A stretch of 64,000 nucleotides of DNA from NCBI GenBank assembly GCA_002269645.1, contig NIVC01002377.1, positions 115,596 through 179,595 of the forward strand, given 5' to 3'. Position numbers and translations under genes: made by a program. Numbering within the stretch: position 1 is the stretch's first letter; the number at the start of each line of letters is the position of its first letter. The notes under the pieces were generated by a model. That model was not told the origin of the DNA. It worked only from the letters and a program-made list of their open reading frames with translations, and did not search any database. The stretch comes from Macrostomum lignano (taxonomy: Eukaryota). This document shows, in pieces, positions 37,183 through 54,242 of this stretch.

Positions 37183-37664
37183 AAGGACAAGCTGAGACTG
37201 AGAGGTAGCGAGGGAGTCGGGAGCACACAAGAGAGATACGCAAGCAGCAAAAGCCGCTTATATCCCAGTCAGTGCGGCAGCCGCAGCCCTCACTCAGTGA
37301 GCTGCTGGAAAGTGGTTGTTTTCCCCAGCTGCATCAATTATGAAAATACTAGTAATGTTCAAATCGCAGCCAGACTGTCAGACAGACTGGGTTCCGTGAT
37401 GCCAGACCTCAGTCCAACGCACCCCATCATATTTACCTGGCGCCTTCGCCCGGGCGCCCCAGCAAAACACGAGATTATAAAACAATTAAAAGAACAAAGA
37501 GATTTTTACCGCTCCATGATGCTGAGTCACGCTTGATTTTGAAAATTTATAATAAAAACATTTTACGTTGAGTAAAAATTCTGAATGTTTTAACGCTTTA
37601 ATTTTACTAGATTGCTAATCTCTCTCACTCCTCTCTTATCTACCCTATCACCCTATTTCCGTCT

Positions 37665-38578
37665 CTTCCTCTCTCACTCTCTCACTCTCTCACTCTCTTA
37701 TTCTCTCACTCTCTCACTATCTCACTCTCTCACTCTCTTATTCTCTCACTCTCTCACTCTCTCACTCTCTCACTCTCTTATTCTCTCACTCTCTCACTCT
37801 CTCACTCTCTCACTCTCTCACTCTCTCACTCTTTCACTCTCTCACTCTCTTATTCTCTCACTCTCTCACTATCTCACTCTCTCACTCTCTCACTCTCTCA
37901 CTCTTTCACTCTCTCACTCTTTCACTCTCTCACTCTCTTACTCTCTCACTCTCTCACTCTCTCACTCTCTTACTCTCTCACTCTCTCACTCTCTCACTCT
38001 CTTACTCTCTCACTCTCTCACTCTCTCACTCTCTCACTCTCTCACTCTCTCACTCTCTCACTCTCTCACTCTCTCACTCTCTCACTCTCTTACTCTCTCA
38101 CTCTCTCACTCTCTCACTCTCTCACTCTCTCACTCTCTCACTCTCTCACTCTCTCACTCTTTCACTCTCTTACTCTCTCACTCTCTCACTCTTTCACTCT
38201 CTTACTCTCTCACTCTCTCACTCTCTCACTCTTTCACTCTCTCACTCTCTCACTCTCTTACTCACTCTCTCACTCTCTCACTCTCTCACTCTCTTACTCT
38301 CTCACTCTCTTACTCTCTCACTCTCTTACTCTCTTACTCTCTCTCTCTCTCACTCTCTCACTCTCTCACTCTCTTATTCTCTCACTCTCTTACTCTCTCA
38401 CTCTCTCACTCTCTTACTCTCTCACTCACTCACTGTCTCACTCTCTTACTCTCTCACTCACTCTCTCACTCTCTTACTCTCTTACTCTCTTACTCTCTCA
38501 CTCTCTCACTCTCTCACTCTCACTCTCTCTCACTCTCTCACTCTCTCACTCTCTCACTCTCTCACTCTCTCACTCTCT
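37665..38578. repeat. (CTCTCACT)n 8/10-bp CT-rich array
   Basis: About 110 units with TTA/TTT variants. Confidence 0.95.
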
Positions 38579-39274
38579 GACTGTCCCCCTCTCTTATCAT
38601 GATTTATCAAATCTTTTTAACTCTCCTACTACTTCCATTTCCTTGCAAGTCCCCTCTCCCCAGCATCTCCCCGCTACTCCCACATTACTTTTTCACCCCG
38701 AACTTGCCCGCCAACTACCTCTCACCCCCTCAGCCTGCCTAACATCTGATTTCCCATATTGTCCCCATAAGTTGTCCATCTTTAGCGTGAATTACTCCAA
38801 TCTGCATTGTTATTTACATATCTACCAACCCATTTGCCCAACTCATTCTACGAAATCAAGCCGCTAACCAAGGTGGAAAAAAGGCGCAAGAAAACACGGA
38901 GCCACATTGCCTTAATAATTCACCTGACTGGGGTGGGGCCGGGGCGTGTGGGGGGCAATTAAAAAACCTGTCTCCCGTTAAAGCGCATGCGCAATATAAT
39001 GCAGCAATAAATTTGCTTAAAAAATCACCCAGCTATCAGTGGAGTAACAGTGGATGTTGCATTAGCAGTGCAATAACAGCCGGTGAAATCCGCTACCTTA
39101 TTGCGCAATTTGCAATAACCGCACCAGTGCATTTGGGTTGAGCCGCACACGAAGAACAAATTGATACAATCAATGGTTAACGCTCATGCTCTGCTAGCGT
39201 TTGTAGCAGTATTGATTTACAGTATTCTGACTTATAATGCCAAACCAAAAGATAAATTTTTACGACTATGGGAC

Positions 39275-39751
39275 ACAGGTGAATAAGCTCTTTTGGACAG
39301 GACTCGAGCTCGGGACCTTCGAGACAGGTAAGTAAGCTCTTTTGAAAAGGACTCGAGCTCGGGACCTTCGAGACAGGTGAGTAAGCTCTTTTGAACAGGA
39401 CTCGAGCTCGGGACCTTCGAGACAGGTGAGTAAACTCTTTTGGACAGGACTCGAACTCGGGACCTTCGAGACAGGTGAGTAAGCTCTTTTGAACAGGACT
39501 CGAGCTCGGGACCTTCGAGACAGGTGAGTAAACTCTTAGACAGGACTCGAGCTCGGGACCTTCGAGACAGGTGAGTAAACTCTTAGACAGGACTCGAGCT
39601 CGGGACCTTCGAGACAGGTGAGTAAGCTCTTTTGGACAGGACTCGAGCTCGGGACCTTCGAGACAGGGGAGTAAACTCTTAGACAGAACTCGAGCTCGGG
39701 ACCTTCGAGACAGGAGAGTAAGCTTTTAGACAGGACTCGAGCTGGGGACTC
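39275..39751. repeat. 47/49-bp minisatellite (ACAGGTGAGTAAGCTCTTTTGAACAGGACTCGAGCTCGGGACCTTCGAG)
   Basis: 10 units starting at ~39275, 39324, 39373, 39422, 39471, 39520, 39567, 39614, 39663 and 39710. Confidence 0.95.
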
Positions 39752-40329
39752 AAGATTCCTCTACCAGCTATAATTAGCCTGGGAAATTTCTCCCATGTGT
39801 CTCTTATTGAGCAGCACGGGGCAAATTTGCAATGGAGAGCTTTCTCCTAGAGGAAGAAAAAGTGCAACTCCAAGCCCCAACTCCGCCCAAGGAACAATCC
39901 AGCTGCTTCGGATGAAGCAGCAACGGGAAACAAGAAAATCCGTTAAGCAAAAAAGCAATAGCCAGCAACAACAAAAGCAACAATGGAGCGAAAAGCTGTC
40001 AGACTGTACCTACCGGATATTGCTAGCTATGAACCCTTGCTCCAAGATCCATTGTCTGCCTCAGCTACAAGAGACACAGAGTGAGATGGCTAGAAGGCTT
40101 TAAACAATAAATCTATATTTTTGTGAAAAAAGCAAGGGAAACCGGATATTCGAAAAAGAAGACCCGATCCGCAGTCCAGAAAGGTCTTCACGATGCGGCC
40201 AAAATCTCCATTTTGCTAGGCCGGTGTTCTGGGCTTGCCCAGTTTCTGTGTGCTGCCGGCCAATTAATGTAGATGCAGCTTATGCGCAAGAATTCATGTT
40301 TCTCATTTTTTAATTTGATCTGCATTCTC

Positions 40330-41050
40330 CTTTTCCGCCCTCTCTTCCGCTCTCTCTTCCGCCCTCTCCTCCACTCTCTCTTTCGCCCTCTCTTTCGCCC
40401 TCTCTTCCGCCCTCTCCTCCACTCTCTCTTCCACCCTCTCTTCCATACTCTCTTCCGCCCTCTCTTCCGCCCTCTCTTCCGCTCTCTCTTCCGCCCTCTC
40501 CTCCACTCTCTCTTTCGCCCTCTCTTCCGCCCTCTCCTCCACTCTCTCTTTCGCCCTCTCTTTCGCCCTCTCTTCCGCCCTCTCCTCCACTCTCTCTTTC
40601 GCCCTCTCTTCCGCCCTCTATTCCACCCACTCCTCCACTCGCTCTTCCACCCTCTCTTCCACCCTCTCTTCCATCCTCTCTTCCGCCCTCTCTTCCGCCC
40701 TCTCTTCCGCTCTCTCTTCCGCCCTCTCCTCCACTCTCTCTTTCGCCCTCTCTTCCGCCCTCTATTCCGCCCACTCCTCCACTCTCTCTTCCGCCCTCTC
40801 TTCCACCCTCTCTTTCATCCTCTCTTCCGCCCTCTCTTCCGCCCTCTCTTCCGCCCACTCCTGCACTCTCTCTTCCGCTCTCTCTTCCGCCCTCTTTTCC
40901 GCCCCTATTTTCCACCCTCTCTTCTGCCCTCTCTTCCGCTCTCACCTTCTTCTCTACCGCCTCTTTTCCGCCCTCTCTTCCGCCCTCTCTTCCGCTCTCT
41001 CTTCCGCCCTCTCTCCCGCCCTCTCTTCCGCCCTCACTTCCTCCCTCTTT
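40330..41050. repeat. 12-bp minisatellite (CCGCCCTCTCTT)
   Basis: About 60 units; similar to the 13-bp array at 17575. Confidence 0.93.
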
Positions 41051-41924
41051 ACCACCCTCCACACAGTACTTCGAAATTTTTTTATGGCTTTCAACTTGAA
41101 AAATAAATCATACACATTCACATTGCTTTTTTCTTGGCTTTCCGATACACTGATGGACAGTCTCAAGTGCGAGCTTACCCCATCGCTAAAGCTGTGGCCC
41201 AGATTCCTGCTCTTCTGGGAACTGCATGGCAGTCCAGCCTCTGTAGGGTAAAAGAAATACCTTCTCATTTTCTTTTCGCTCGAGACACATTTTTGCCATC
41301 CATCCCTGAGTTTCTGCTGCTTCAAGAGGAAGACTGGGAAAGCAGGGAGCGGCCCTCTTCCGCAAGGATATTTCTATCCAAAATAATCCCCCCCCCGAAA
41401 TGCATAAACTTCTGTTCTGAAAAGGCCGCCTCCCCCCAACACGCATAAGACAATTTATTTCAGTTGCTTGCCTCATTTCCCGGCGCAGACTTTTATATCC
41501 TCCTATTTTTCCCGAGGAAGGGGCGGAGGCAGGGGATTAACTGCCCCCCCACCCCAGTCTTCTTGCTGGACTCTCCGGCCAGAGGCGGTCGCCAGCCAAA
41601 GGATTTTCTAGGGGATAATTCTCCAATTCTTTCTCCCACTTGCATCGGACTAGGATTGAATGAAAATGAGGCGCTGGGAGGGGAGGGGGCGGGCGGTTTG
41701 GCGGGGGACAATAATTCTTACTTTCTTCCGCCGAAGAAAGGCAATCCGCTGGCCCCGCCTTAGCAGCCAGAAAATCCCCGCCATGCACCCCAAGCAGTTT
41801 GATTGTGCCAGTAAAATTCTCCGGAATATTTTTGGCGGAAGATATTGCGCGCCTCTGCGTGAAAATTATTATTGAGAGCCAAACTCATTTAGGGCTGGGC
41901 AAATAGAGGGTGAAGGCAGGGTGG

Positions 41925-43508
41925 GAGAGGGAGAGTGACAGACAGAAAGAGAGTGACAGAAAGGAGTGAGAGAGAGTGACAGACAGACAGAGAGTGACGG
42001 AAAGGAGAGGGAGAGAGTGACAGACAGGGGAGAGAGAGTGATAGACAGACAGAGAGTGACGGAAAGGAATGAGAGAGAGTGACAGAAAGGAGTGATAGAG
42101 AGTGATAGACAGACAGAGAGTGACGGAAAGGAATGAGAGAGAGTGACAGAAAGGAGTGAGAGAGAGAGTGATAGACAGACAGAGAGTGACGGAAAGGAGA
42201 GGGAGAGAGTGACAGACAGGGGACAGAGAGTGATAGACAGACAGAGAGTGACGGAAAGGAATGAGAGAGAGTGACAGAAAGGAGTGATAGAGAGTGATAG
42301 ACAGACAGAGAGTGATGGAAAGGAGTGAGAGAAAGAGTGATAGACAGACAGAGAGTGACGGAAAGGAATGAGAGAGAGTGACAGAAAGGAGTGAGAGAGA
42401 GAGTGATAGACAGACAGAGAGTGACGGAAAGGAGTGAGAGAGAGTGACAGAAAGGACTGAGAAAGATTGACAGAAAGGACTGAGAGAGAGTGACAGAAAG
42501 GAGTGATAGAGAGTGATAGACAGACATAGAGTGACAGAAAGGACTGAGAGAGAGAGTGACAGAAAGGAGTGAGAGATGGACAGACAGAGAGAGTGACGGG
42601 AAGGAGTGAGAGAGAGAGTGATAGACAGACAGAGAGTGACGGAAAGGAGAGGGAGAGAGTGACAGACAGTGGAGAGAGAGTGATAGACAGACAGAGAGTG
42701 ACGGAAAGGAATGAGAGAGAGTGACAGAAAGGAGTGAGAGAGAGAGTGATAGACAGACAGAGAGTGACGGAAAGGAGTGAGAGAGAGTGACAGAAAGGAC
42801 TGAGAAAGATTGACAGAAAGGACTGAGAGAGAGTGACAGAAAGGAGTGATAGAGAGTGATAGACAGACATAGAGTGACAGAAAGGACTGAGAGAGAGTGA
42901 CAGAAAGGAGTGAGAGATGGACAGACAGAGAGAGTGACGGGAAGGAGTGAGAGAGAGACAGACAAAGAGAGTGACGGGAAGGAGTGAGAGAGAGACAGAC
43001 AGAGAGAGTGACGGGAAGGAGTGAGAGAGAGACAGACAGAGAGAGTGACGGGAAGGAGTGAGAGAGAGACAGACAGAGAGAGTGACAGAAAGGAGTGAGA
43101 GATGGACAGACAGAGAGAGTGACGGGAAGGAGTGAGAGAGAGACAGACAGAGAGAGTGACGGGAAGGAGTGAGAGAGAGACAGACAGAGAGAGTGACGGG
43201 AAGGAGTGAGAGAGAGACAGACAGAGAGAGTGACGGGAAGGAGTGAGAGAGAGACAGACAGAGAGAGTGACAGAAAGGAGTGAGAGATGGACAGACAGAG
43301 AGAGTGACGGGAAGGAGTGAGAGAGAGACAGACAGAGAGAGTGACGGGAAGGAGTGAGAGAGAGACAGACAGAGAGAGTGACGGGAAGGAGTGAGAGAGA
43401 GACAGACAGAGAGAGTGACGGGAAGGAGTGAGAGAGAGACAGACAGAGAGAGTGACGGGAAGGAGTGAGAGAGAGACAGACAGAGAGAGTGACGGGAAGG
43501 AGTGAGAG
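41925..43508. repeat. Complex GA/GACA-rich array with 34-bp higher-order unit (GAGTGACGGGAAGGAGTGAGAGAGAGACAGACAG-like)
   Basis: Regular 34-bp periodicity in 42950-43500; looser units at left. Confidence 0.93.
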
Positions 43509-43960
43509 CGTAACTCCTTTCGAAGAATCTTTAGCAGCCTCTGACAATCCACGAAACTGCTAAAAGCAGAAACCACAAAAATCAGAAAGAATCGAACGCC
43601 ACCATGCAGCCGACACAAAAGGAAGAGAAGAAAGTGCAGCCTCACTCGTAGTAGCATTAAAATCGGTGCTTGATGGAGCTGAAAGTGAAACGGAAACTGG
43701 ATGGCAATTGATGAAGCCGGCAGGCTGAAGAAGCCTCAGAAGAGAGCCTGTATGAATTGCTGTACTTAGGAGAAGCACAGGACCCACCCTCTTTCTCCGC
43801 TGCGGTTCAGCCTTCAGCCTTTGACTTTATCCCCGATCATAATCGGTACAAAAAATCTGTTCCAAGTGCAGGAAACTGTGCGGCCTCACTTGAAACTCCT
43901 GGCTGCTTGCTGGCGCTCCTAGAAGAAGAGAGTTGCTTAGCATAGCGCAGTTTTTGCGGT

Positions 43961-45279
<1,319 letters not shown>

Positions 45280-45864
45280 AAACTCTCGAGCTGTACTTCC
45301 CGTCCAGACAGTCATTTATTTTAGTTGCAGTGTTAATCCCTGAGCTGAATCCCAGGACACTAATCATGATTGAATTTGGAGCTGGGGTCTAGGAGGAGTT
45401 TTGTACGCTAGGCTTCTGGGCAGTAATTGCTAGCTGGGATATTTTTCCCATTTTTACTCTTACGATGAAACTGGGAAGGCATATGGGTATAGCTGTACGC
45501 AATCAGTGACTTTGAGGTCCATATTGTCGCGACTGTCACAAATGCGCCCAGCCAGTGAAGTTGGGAATCGATAAGCTATAATTAAATCCCCATATATCTA
45601 TCCGCGCGCGCCTGATCTCCACAAACCCGACTGTTCTGACTGCCACCTCACAACTGTACGCTCTTACAAATTAGATTCTTTCTTATTGTTAATGCATGCG
45701 GACATTTGACTCACGCAGAGAAGAGATGCCAAAATGCGTGGTTGAGTGCAGCCCTAACTGTGCTCAAATATGGAGAAAGGTATGGGAAGTACGGAGTCAC
45801 GAATCCATAAGTTAGTGCTCCAGTTGTATCTAATCATTAGAAACCATTGTCTATGGCAAGAACC

Positions 45865-46480
45865 ACTCCATCTAAACACTGTCTATGGCCTGAACTGCTC
45901 CATCTAAACACTGTCTATGGCCTGAACTGCTCTATCTAAACACTGTCTATGGCCTGAACTGCTCAAGCCAAAAACTTTCTATGGCCTGAACTGCTCTATC
46001 TAAACACTGTCTATGGCCTGAACTGCTCAAGCCAAAAACTTTCTATGGCCTGAACTGCTCAATCTAAACACTGTCTATGGCCTAAACTGCTCCATCTAAA
46101 CACTGTCTATGGCCTGAACTGCTCCATCTAAACACTGTCTATGGCCTGAACTGCTCTATCTAAACACTATCTATGGCCTGAACTGCTCCATCTAAACACT
46201 GTCTATGGCCTGAACTGCTCTATCTAAACACTGTCTATGGCCTGAACTGCTCCATCTAAACATTGTCTACGGCCTGAACTGCTCTATCTAAACACTGTAT
46301 ATGGCCTAAACTACTCCATCTAAACACTGTCTATGGCCTGAACTGCTCAAGCTAAAATTTTCTATGGCATGAACTGCTCAAGCTTAAAACTGTCTATGGC
46401 CAGAACCACTCCATCTAAACACTGTCTATGGCATGAACTGCTCCATCTAAACCCCATCGGACGCCACTGTCTATGGCCTC
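45865..46480. repeat. 32-bp minisatellite (ATCTAAACACTGTCTATGGCCTGAACTGCTCC)
   Basis: About 19 units. Confidence 0.95.
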
Positions 46481-46686
46481 AAACATAATTATTTCATATT
46501 GTCCATTTTGCCGATTTCCAATCTCCCATACACCCCAGATCTTAATTAGACTCGGACATCTAATGAGGAAGAAAGAACCAACAGAAACTACAAAAAATTG
46601 TCGATTTTCTTTTGCACTTTAACAAACTTTCTCAACAAGTGCTCCCCCTGCTCTGGCGGGAATCTCGGACTCTGTAGAGACAGAAT

Positions 46687-46730
<44 letters not shown>

Positions 46731-47560
46731 TGTGACTTGGAGTCTGCCCATCACTTCAAGTCTTGAATTTGGTTTGCTTATGTGAAAGTAGCTCGAGTGG
46801 ACCCCTGCCCTACTCTCTCTGCACCCAGCAAGTCAGGGACTGCCAGTTATTGAGTTTCAGCCTCAACAATGCTGGGAGATCGATATTATCGGTAAGGGAG
46901 GGGGGGAGCAGTTCAAGGAAAAACCCGCCGCACAACTCTACAATTGACAACACGGCCGGGCACTCGAGCTGGCGCGGCAATCAAGCTCTAGGGCAGGCGT
47001 TGCGATGAAGGAGTAGGCTGGATGCTGGATGGGCAGAGGCTGAGCCCAAATTACGACTTTCTCTCCGAGCTCATTCGGCTTGTCCCGGTCGCCGAAGAGC
47101 TTCTTTAAGTCCGCCTAGAATTTCCAGTTAAAGAAAAGTGTTCAGCAAGGGAGACTGGAAGGGGCAGATGAAGAGGGACTGGCCCGGCACCCGTTTAACG
47201 AACTTGGTTCGAGTTTATCCCCCCAGGCCACCCGAGCGAGGAGGAGGGGACTTTGAGAAGGGGATTTGAAGCCGGCGAAAAGGCGTTCGTACAAAACAGA
47301 AATCCGATATCCTCATCGGAAAGAAAAGAAAGATTTTGGGCCTCTCCAGTCAGAGCTGGGGGAAAGTCGGCATTTCCGAGTTCAATGCGAAATCGGTTCA
47401 AATCCGATAACGACACGGGAGTGCCTGCTTGGGATTCTGGCGGGGGACAGGGGAGCTGATTGAGTTATGGCCGAGATGGAGAGGAGAAAATCGCTTTGAC
47501 TTCAAGTCGCGATGCTTTTTTGCTGACAAGCAAAGTTTCAATTTATTCGCGTTGCAATCC

Positions 47561-48350
47561 GGATCAGGGATCGGGATCAGGGATCGGGATCAGGGATCGG
47601 GATCAGGGATCGGGATCAGGGATCGGGATCAGGGATCGGGATCAGGGATCGGGATCAGGGATCGGGATCAGGGATCGGGATCAGGGATCGGGATCAGGGA
47701 TCGGGATCAGGGATCGGGATCAGGGATCGGGATCAGGGATCGGGATCAGGGATCGGGATCAGGGATCGGGATCAGGGATCGGGATCAGGGATCGGGATCA
47801 GGGATCGGGATCAGGGATCGGGATCAGGGATCGGGATCAGGGATCGGGATCAGGGATCGGGATCAGGGATCGGGATCAGGGATCGGGATCAGGGATCGGG
47901 ATCAGGGATCGGGATCAGGGATCGGGATCAGGGATCGGGATCAGGGATCGGGATCAGGGATCGGGATCAGGGATCGGGATCAGGGATCGGGATCAGGGAT
48001 CGGGATCAGGGATCGGGATCAGGGATCGGGATCAGGGATCGGGATCAGGGATCGGGATCAGGGATCGGGATCAGGGATCGGGATCAGGGATCGGGATCAG
48101 GGATCGGGATCAGGGATCGGGATCAGGGATCGGGATCAGGGATCGGGATCAGGGATCGGGATCAGGGATCGGGATCAGGGATCGGGATCAGGGATCGGGA
48201 TCAGGGATCGGGATCAGGGATCGGGATCAGGGATCGGGATCAGGGATCGGGATCAGGGATCGGGATCAGGGATCGGGATCAGGGATCGGGATCAGGGATC
48301 GGGATCAGGGATCGGGATCAGGGATCGGGATCAGGGATCGGGATCAGGGA
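47561..48350. repeat. Perfect 13-bp array (GGGATCAGGGATC)n
   Basis: About 61 units with no variant noticed. Confidence 0.98.
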
Positions 48351-48664
48351 TTGAAATAAATAAATAAGTGAAGTTCGAAATAAATAAGTGACAACAGGCG
48401 TCCCATTGATTTTCAAAACCGGATACGTTTGCTTTGGACTATGTGAGAGAGATGCAGAGCTGGAATTTGAGACACGCAGATGCTCAGCAAGAGGTCAGCT
48501 GAATCTACCGGGGACACGAGCCCCTTCGCTGCAGTTGAAATCTCAGACGGTCTCACAGTCAGCCTGGGATGCTTATTGGGGATCAATGACAAGACTGGCT
48601 CGGGGATCAGAAAAGCGGAAGGGAGAGAATCCAAATTCTACGGAGCAGGATGTTTGTGAGGCTT

Positions 48665-50060
<1,396 letters not shown>

Positions 50061-50069
50061 CTGTATCTA

Positions 50070-51308
<1,239 letters not shown>

Positions 51309-51849
51309 CATCATCAAGAATGATTGCTCTGCCAGCAATTTCCCATTAACGCTTTGCCAGAGCGCTCGAGCCAAAAGCCAGCCGCTGAGTCAGCCACAGC
51401 GCTTTTATCTGACTCGAACTGGAAATCAGAGATTGAAACAGGGACTCAAAGTCTCCGGACGCCGCCCTGAAAGTGGCATAGCGAGGCTGAGGTGGGGATA
51501 AGAATCCCGCCTGGAAAATCCCTCCCAGCCGCCCAAGTTCCTCATTTCCATGGCGGGCCGAAGCAATTCCGTTCCGGCCGATAGCCGCTAATTTCTCCGC
51601 TGTGTGTTAAGAGCCTCCAAGAGCACCCCAGCTTCCTATCTTCCCCATCGCCTTCAAATCCCCAGCCTCCAGCGTCTATGAAAAGCCGAATTTTAACACT
51701 TCCAGTTTGCTGCTCTTATCCAGCTTCTGTCTTCATCTCCTCCTCCCTCTCTCACTGGATTGTAGCTGCTCAAAGTGACGCAATGGCCAAAAGTAGGCTG
51801 TGCTGAGCAAGTTTCCCTGCTTTGCCAGTCTCCCATCCCCATCTTGCTC

Positions 51850-52025
51850 TCCTCTCCCTCTCCCTCTCTCGCATCTCTCCCTCTCCCTCTCCCTCTCTCG
51901 CATCTCTCCCTCTCCCTCTCCCTCTCTCGCATCTCTCTCTCCCTCTCCCTCTCCCTCTCTCGCATCTCTCTCTCTCCCTCTCCCTCTCCCTCTCTCGCAT
52001 CTCTCTCTCCCTCTCCCTCTCTCCC
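51850..52025. repeat. CT-rich array (CTCTCCCTCTCCCTCTCTCGCAT)
   Basis: Short nested 6-bp units punctuated by CGCAT. Confidence 0.85.
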
Positions 52026-53329
52026 TTTCGTCACTCTCATTCTCTCCCATCCTCTCAGATATACTTTAGACTCTCTCTTTTCCCTCCCCTGTCAAATACA
52101 GTCAGAACCAGCACTCCCATTCCAACTCTCAATCCCCATCTAATTCTCCCTTCTCCCCCAGACACAAAGCGGACATCCCAGATTCGGCGCTAAATCCCGC
52201 TTTGATCCCCATCTGTCATTCGGCTCCAAAATAACCAACCATCCCTTTCTAGGAATGCAAATCAGAGAGTCTCAGTGGCAGCCGATCATCAAAATAATTT
52301 AAATTCGAAGTCTGTAGTCAGGCAAAACTAAGCTTCTTGATAATTAGCGAGATTTGCCGACCTACTTAATTTCTGGTTACGCAACTGGGAAGCATGGCCT
52401 TTAAAATTTGTTTGGGTTGTCTGCTTTCTTGTTCTATTGAAATTCTATAAGCTAGGGGAGATCCGGGGTTCGAATCCGCACTCGGTCACCTTAATTATCC
52501 TGGGGGGGGGCTTGCTGACTTGTTCAGTCCGATGATGGCCGACCCCCAAGGCACAGTGAAGTGTAAATGCCTGACCATTAGAAAGTCAGGCTGCTGTACA
52601 CCCAGTATTAGGAGTGCATGCCTGAAGTCGCTGTCTATGGCGCAATCCAGGCAGGCCTCTTCAAAAATCACATTTGGAACAATTGCGCGGCCTGCATTTA
52701 AAAATCATCCCGTAGATGATGAACAGTGGCAGTTGCTAGGGGGAAATATTGAGAAATCGTGCAGGCTTCCAGTTTCCAAGAATCACATTCCACAAGAGAA
52801 CCGATTGGAACTGCCTATCAGCTTTGACAGCCGCCAACAGTCAGCATTAGATAGCTCATATCCGTTTCTGTGGGAAAATTATCCCATCGATAATTGAAAA
52901 GCAATGCCTGTGCGATGGTATTGTTCCTTGAGGAAAAAATAATTTGAATCTTCCCAGGGAAGGGAAGATTGATTAGTTGCGGAGATCGCGGCAATTTCCA
53001 CCAGTAGAATGGGGAGAAGATTATACCATCTGCCCCACTTGCACCCATTTGGACCGGGGTTGACGCGATAAAGACCTGACAGGGGTCTGTGTGCATGCGG
53101 GCCGCCCGCCTGTCTGCACCGGGGGGATTTGTCAAATCAAGATTGAGGAGGATAAGCAGGAGCAACAGGGCTGCCGGGGTTCAACAGAACCGGTGAATGA
53201 CTTGTGGGGGGATTTCCAATCCGGATTGCGTGTTTTCAATTCTGTGCGTGAGTGCGAAAGTCAGTCAGATTTTTGGCGGGCTGCTTTGAGGAGAATTTTT
53301 ATGGTGCCCGGATAAATTGATGGAATTGA

Positions 53330-53915
53330 AGAGAGGGAGGGACGGAGAGACGGAGAGAAGGAGAAAGGGAGAGAGAGGGGTAGAGAAAGTGTGAGAGATA
53401 TAGATAGGTAGAGAGGGGGGAGAGAGGGAGGGAGAGAGGGAGGGAGAGAGAGGGGGAGAGAGATGGAGGGAGAGAAATAGAGGCAGAGAAGGGGAGAAAG
53501 AGAGGTAAGGGGAGAGAGAGGGGGAGAGAGGGAGGAGAGAAGGAGAAAGGAGGGAGAGTTAGAGAGAAATCGAGGGAGAGAAGGAGAGGGAAAGAGGAAG
53601 AGAGAGAGAGAAGGAGAGAAGGAGAGAAGGAGAGAGAGAGAGAGAGGGAGAGAAGGAGAGAAGGAGAGAAGGAGAGGGAGAGAGGAAGAGAGGGAGAGAA
53701 GGAGAGAAGGAGAGAAGGAGAGGGAGAGAGGAAGAGAGAGAGAGAAGGAGAGAAGGAGAGAAGGAGAGGGAGAGAGGAAGAGAGGGAGAGAAGGAGAGAA
53801 GGAGAGAAGGAGAGAAGGAGAGGAGAGAGGGAGAGAAGGAGAGAAGGAGAGAAGGAGAGGGAGAGAGGAAGAGAGGGAGAGAAGGAGAAGGAGAGAAGGA
53901 GAGAGGAAGATGGAG
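53330..53915. repeat. GA-rich array (GGAGAGAA)n
   Basis: 8-bp units with variants. Confidence 0.9.
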
Positions 53916-54242
53916 AATGGGGTTTTGCTGAAGCTCAACCCCAACTGAGTAGAACGGGTTTCAGCACAACGAAAACAAACTGCAGAACCAACTGTGGCTC
54001 AGGTCTGTCTGGGAACATGAGAAAGTCCCAGGCTTCTTCGTCTTGAAGGTCACCAGAGTTCAAGTCGCTGCAGCTCGCCTTACCCCACTCGATCCAGGTG
54101 GAGGTCAAGGGCTGAAATCTCCGCCCATTTTCGGATCCCAATTGATAAGCTGAATCCTAAATAAAGACAAAACAAAGAGCTAAAGAAATGGTTTAAATGC
54201 TTGATTTCTATGACTATATCGACCTTCTTTATCCATCTATAT

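Noticed and set aside
39275-39751. CRISPR-like appearance of this and other 30-50 bp arrays
   Set aside because: No unique spacers, no cas genes, and a eukaryotic context.
47429-48367. QGSGSGIGIRDRD repeat ORFs followed by AATAAA at 48355-48364
   Set aside because: Both ORFs start at TTG with no in-frame ATG; any stop-free 13-bp unit gives such ORFs.
52461-52490. GGTTCGAATCC B-box (52467-52477) as a tRNA gene
   Set aside because: No A-box, D-arm, anticodon arm or acceptor stem; at most a SINE remnant.
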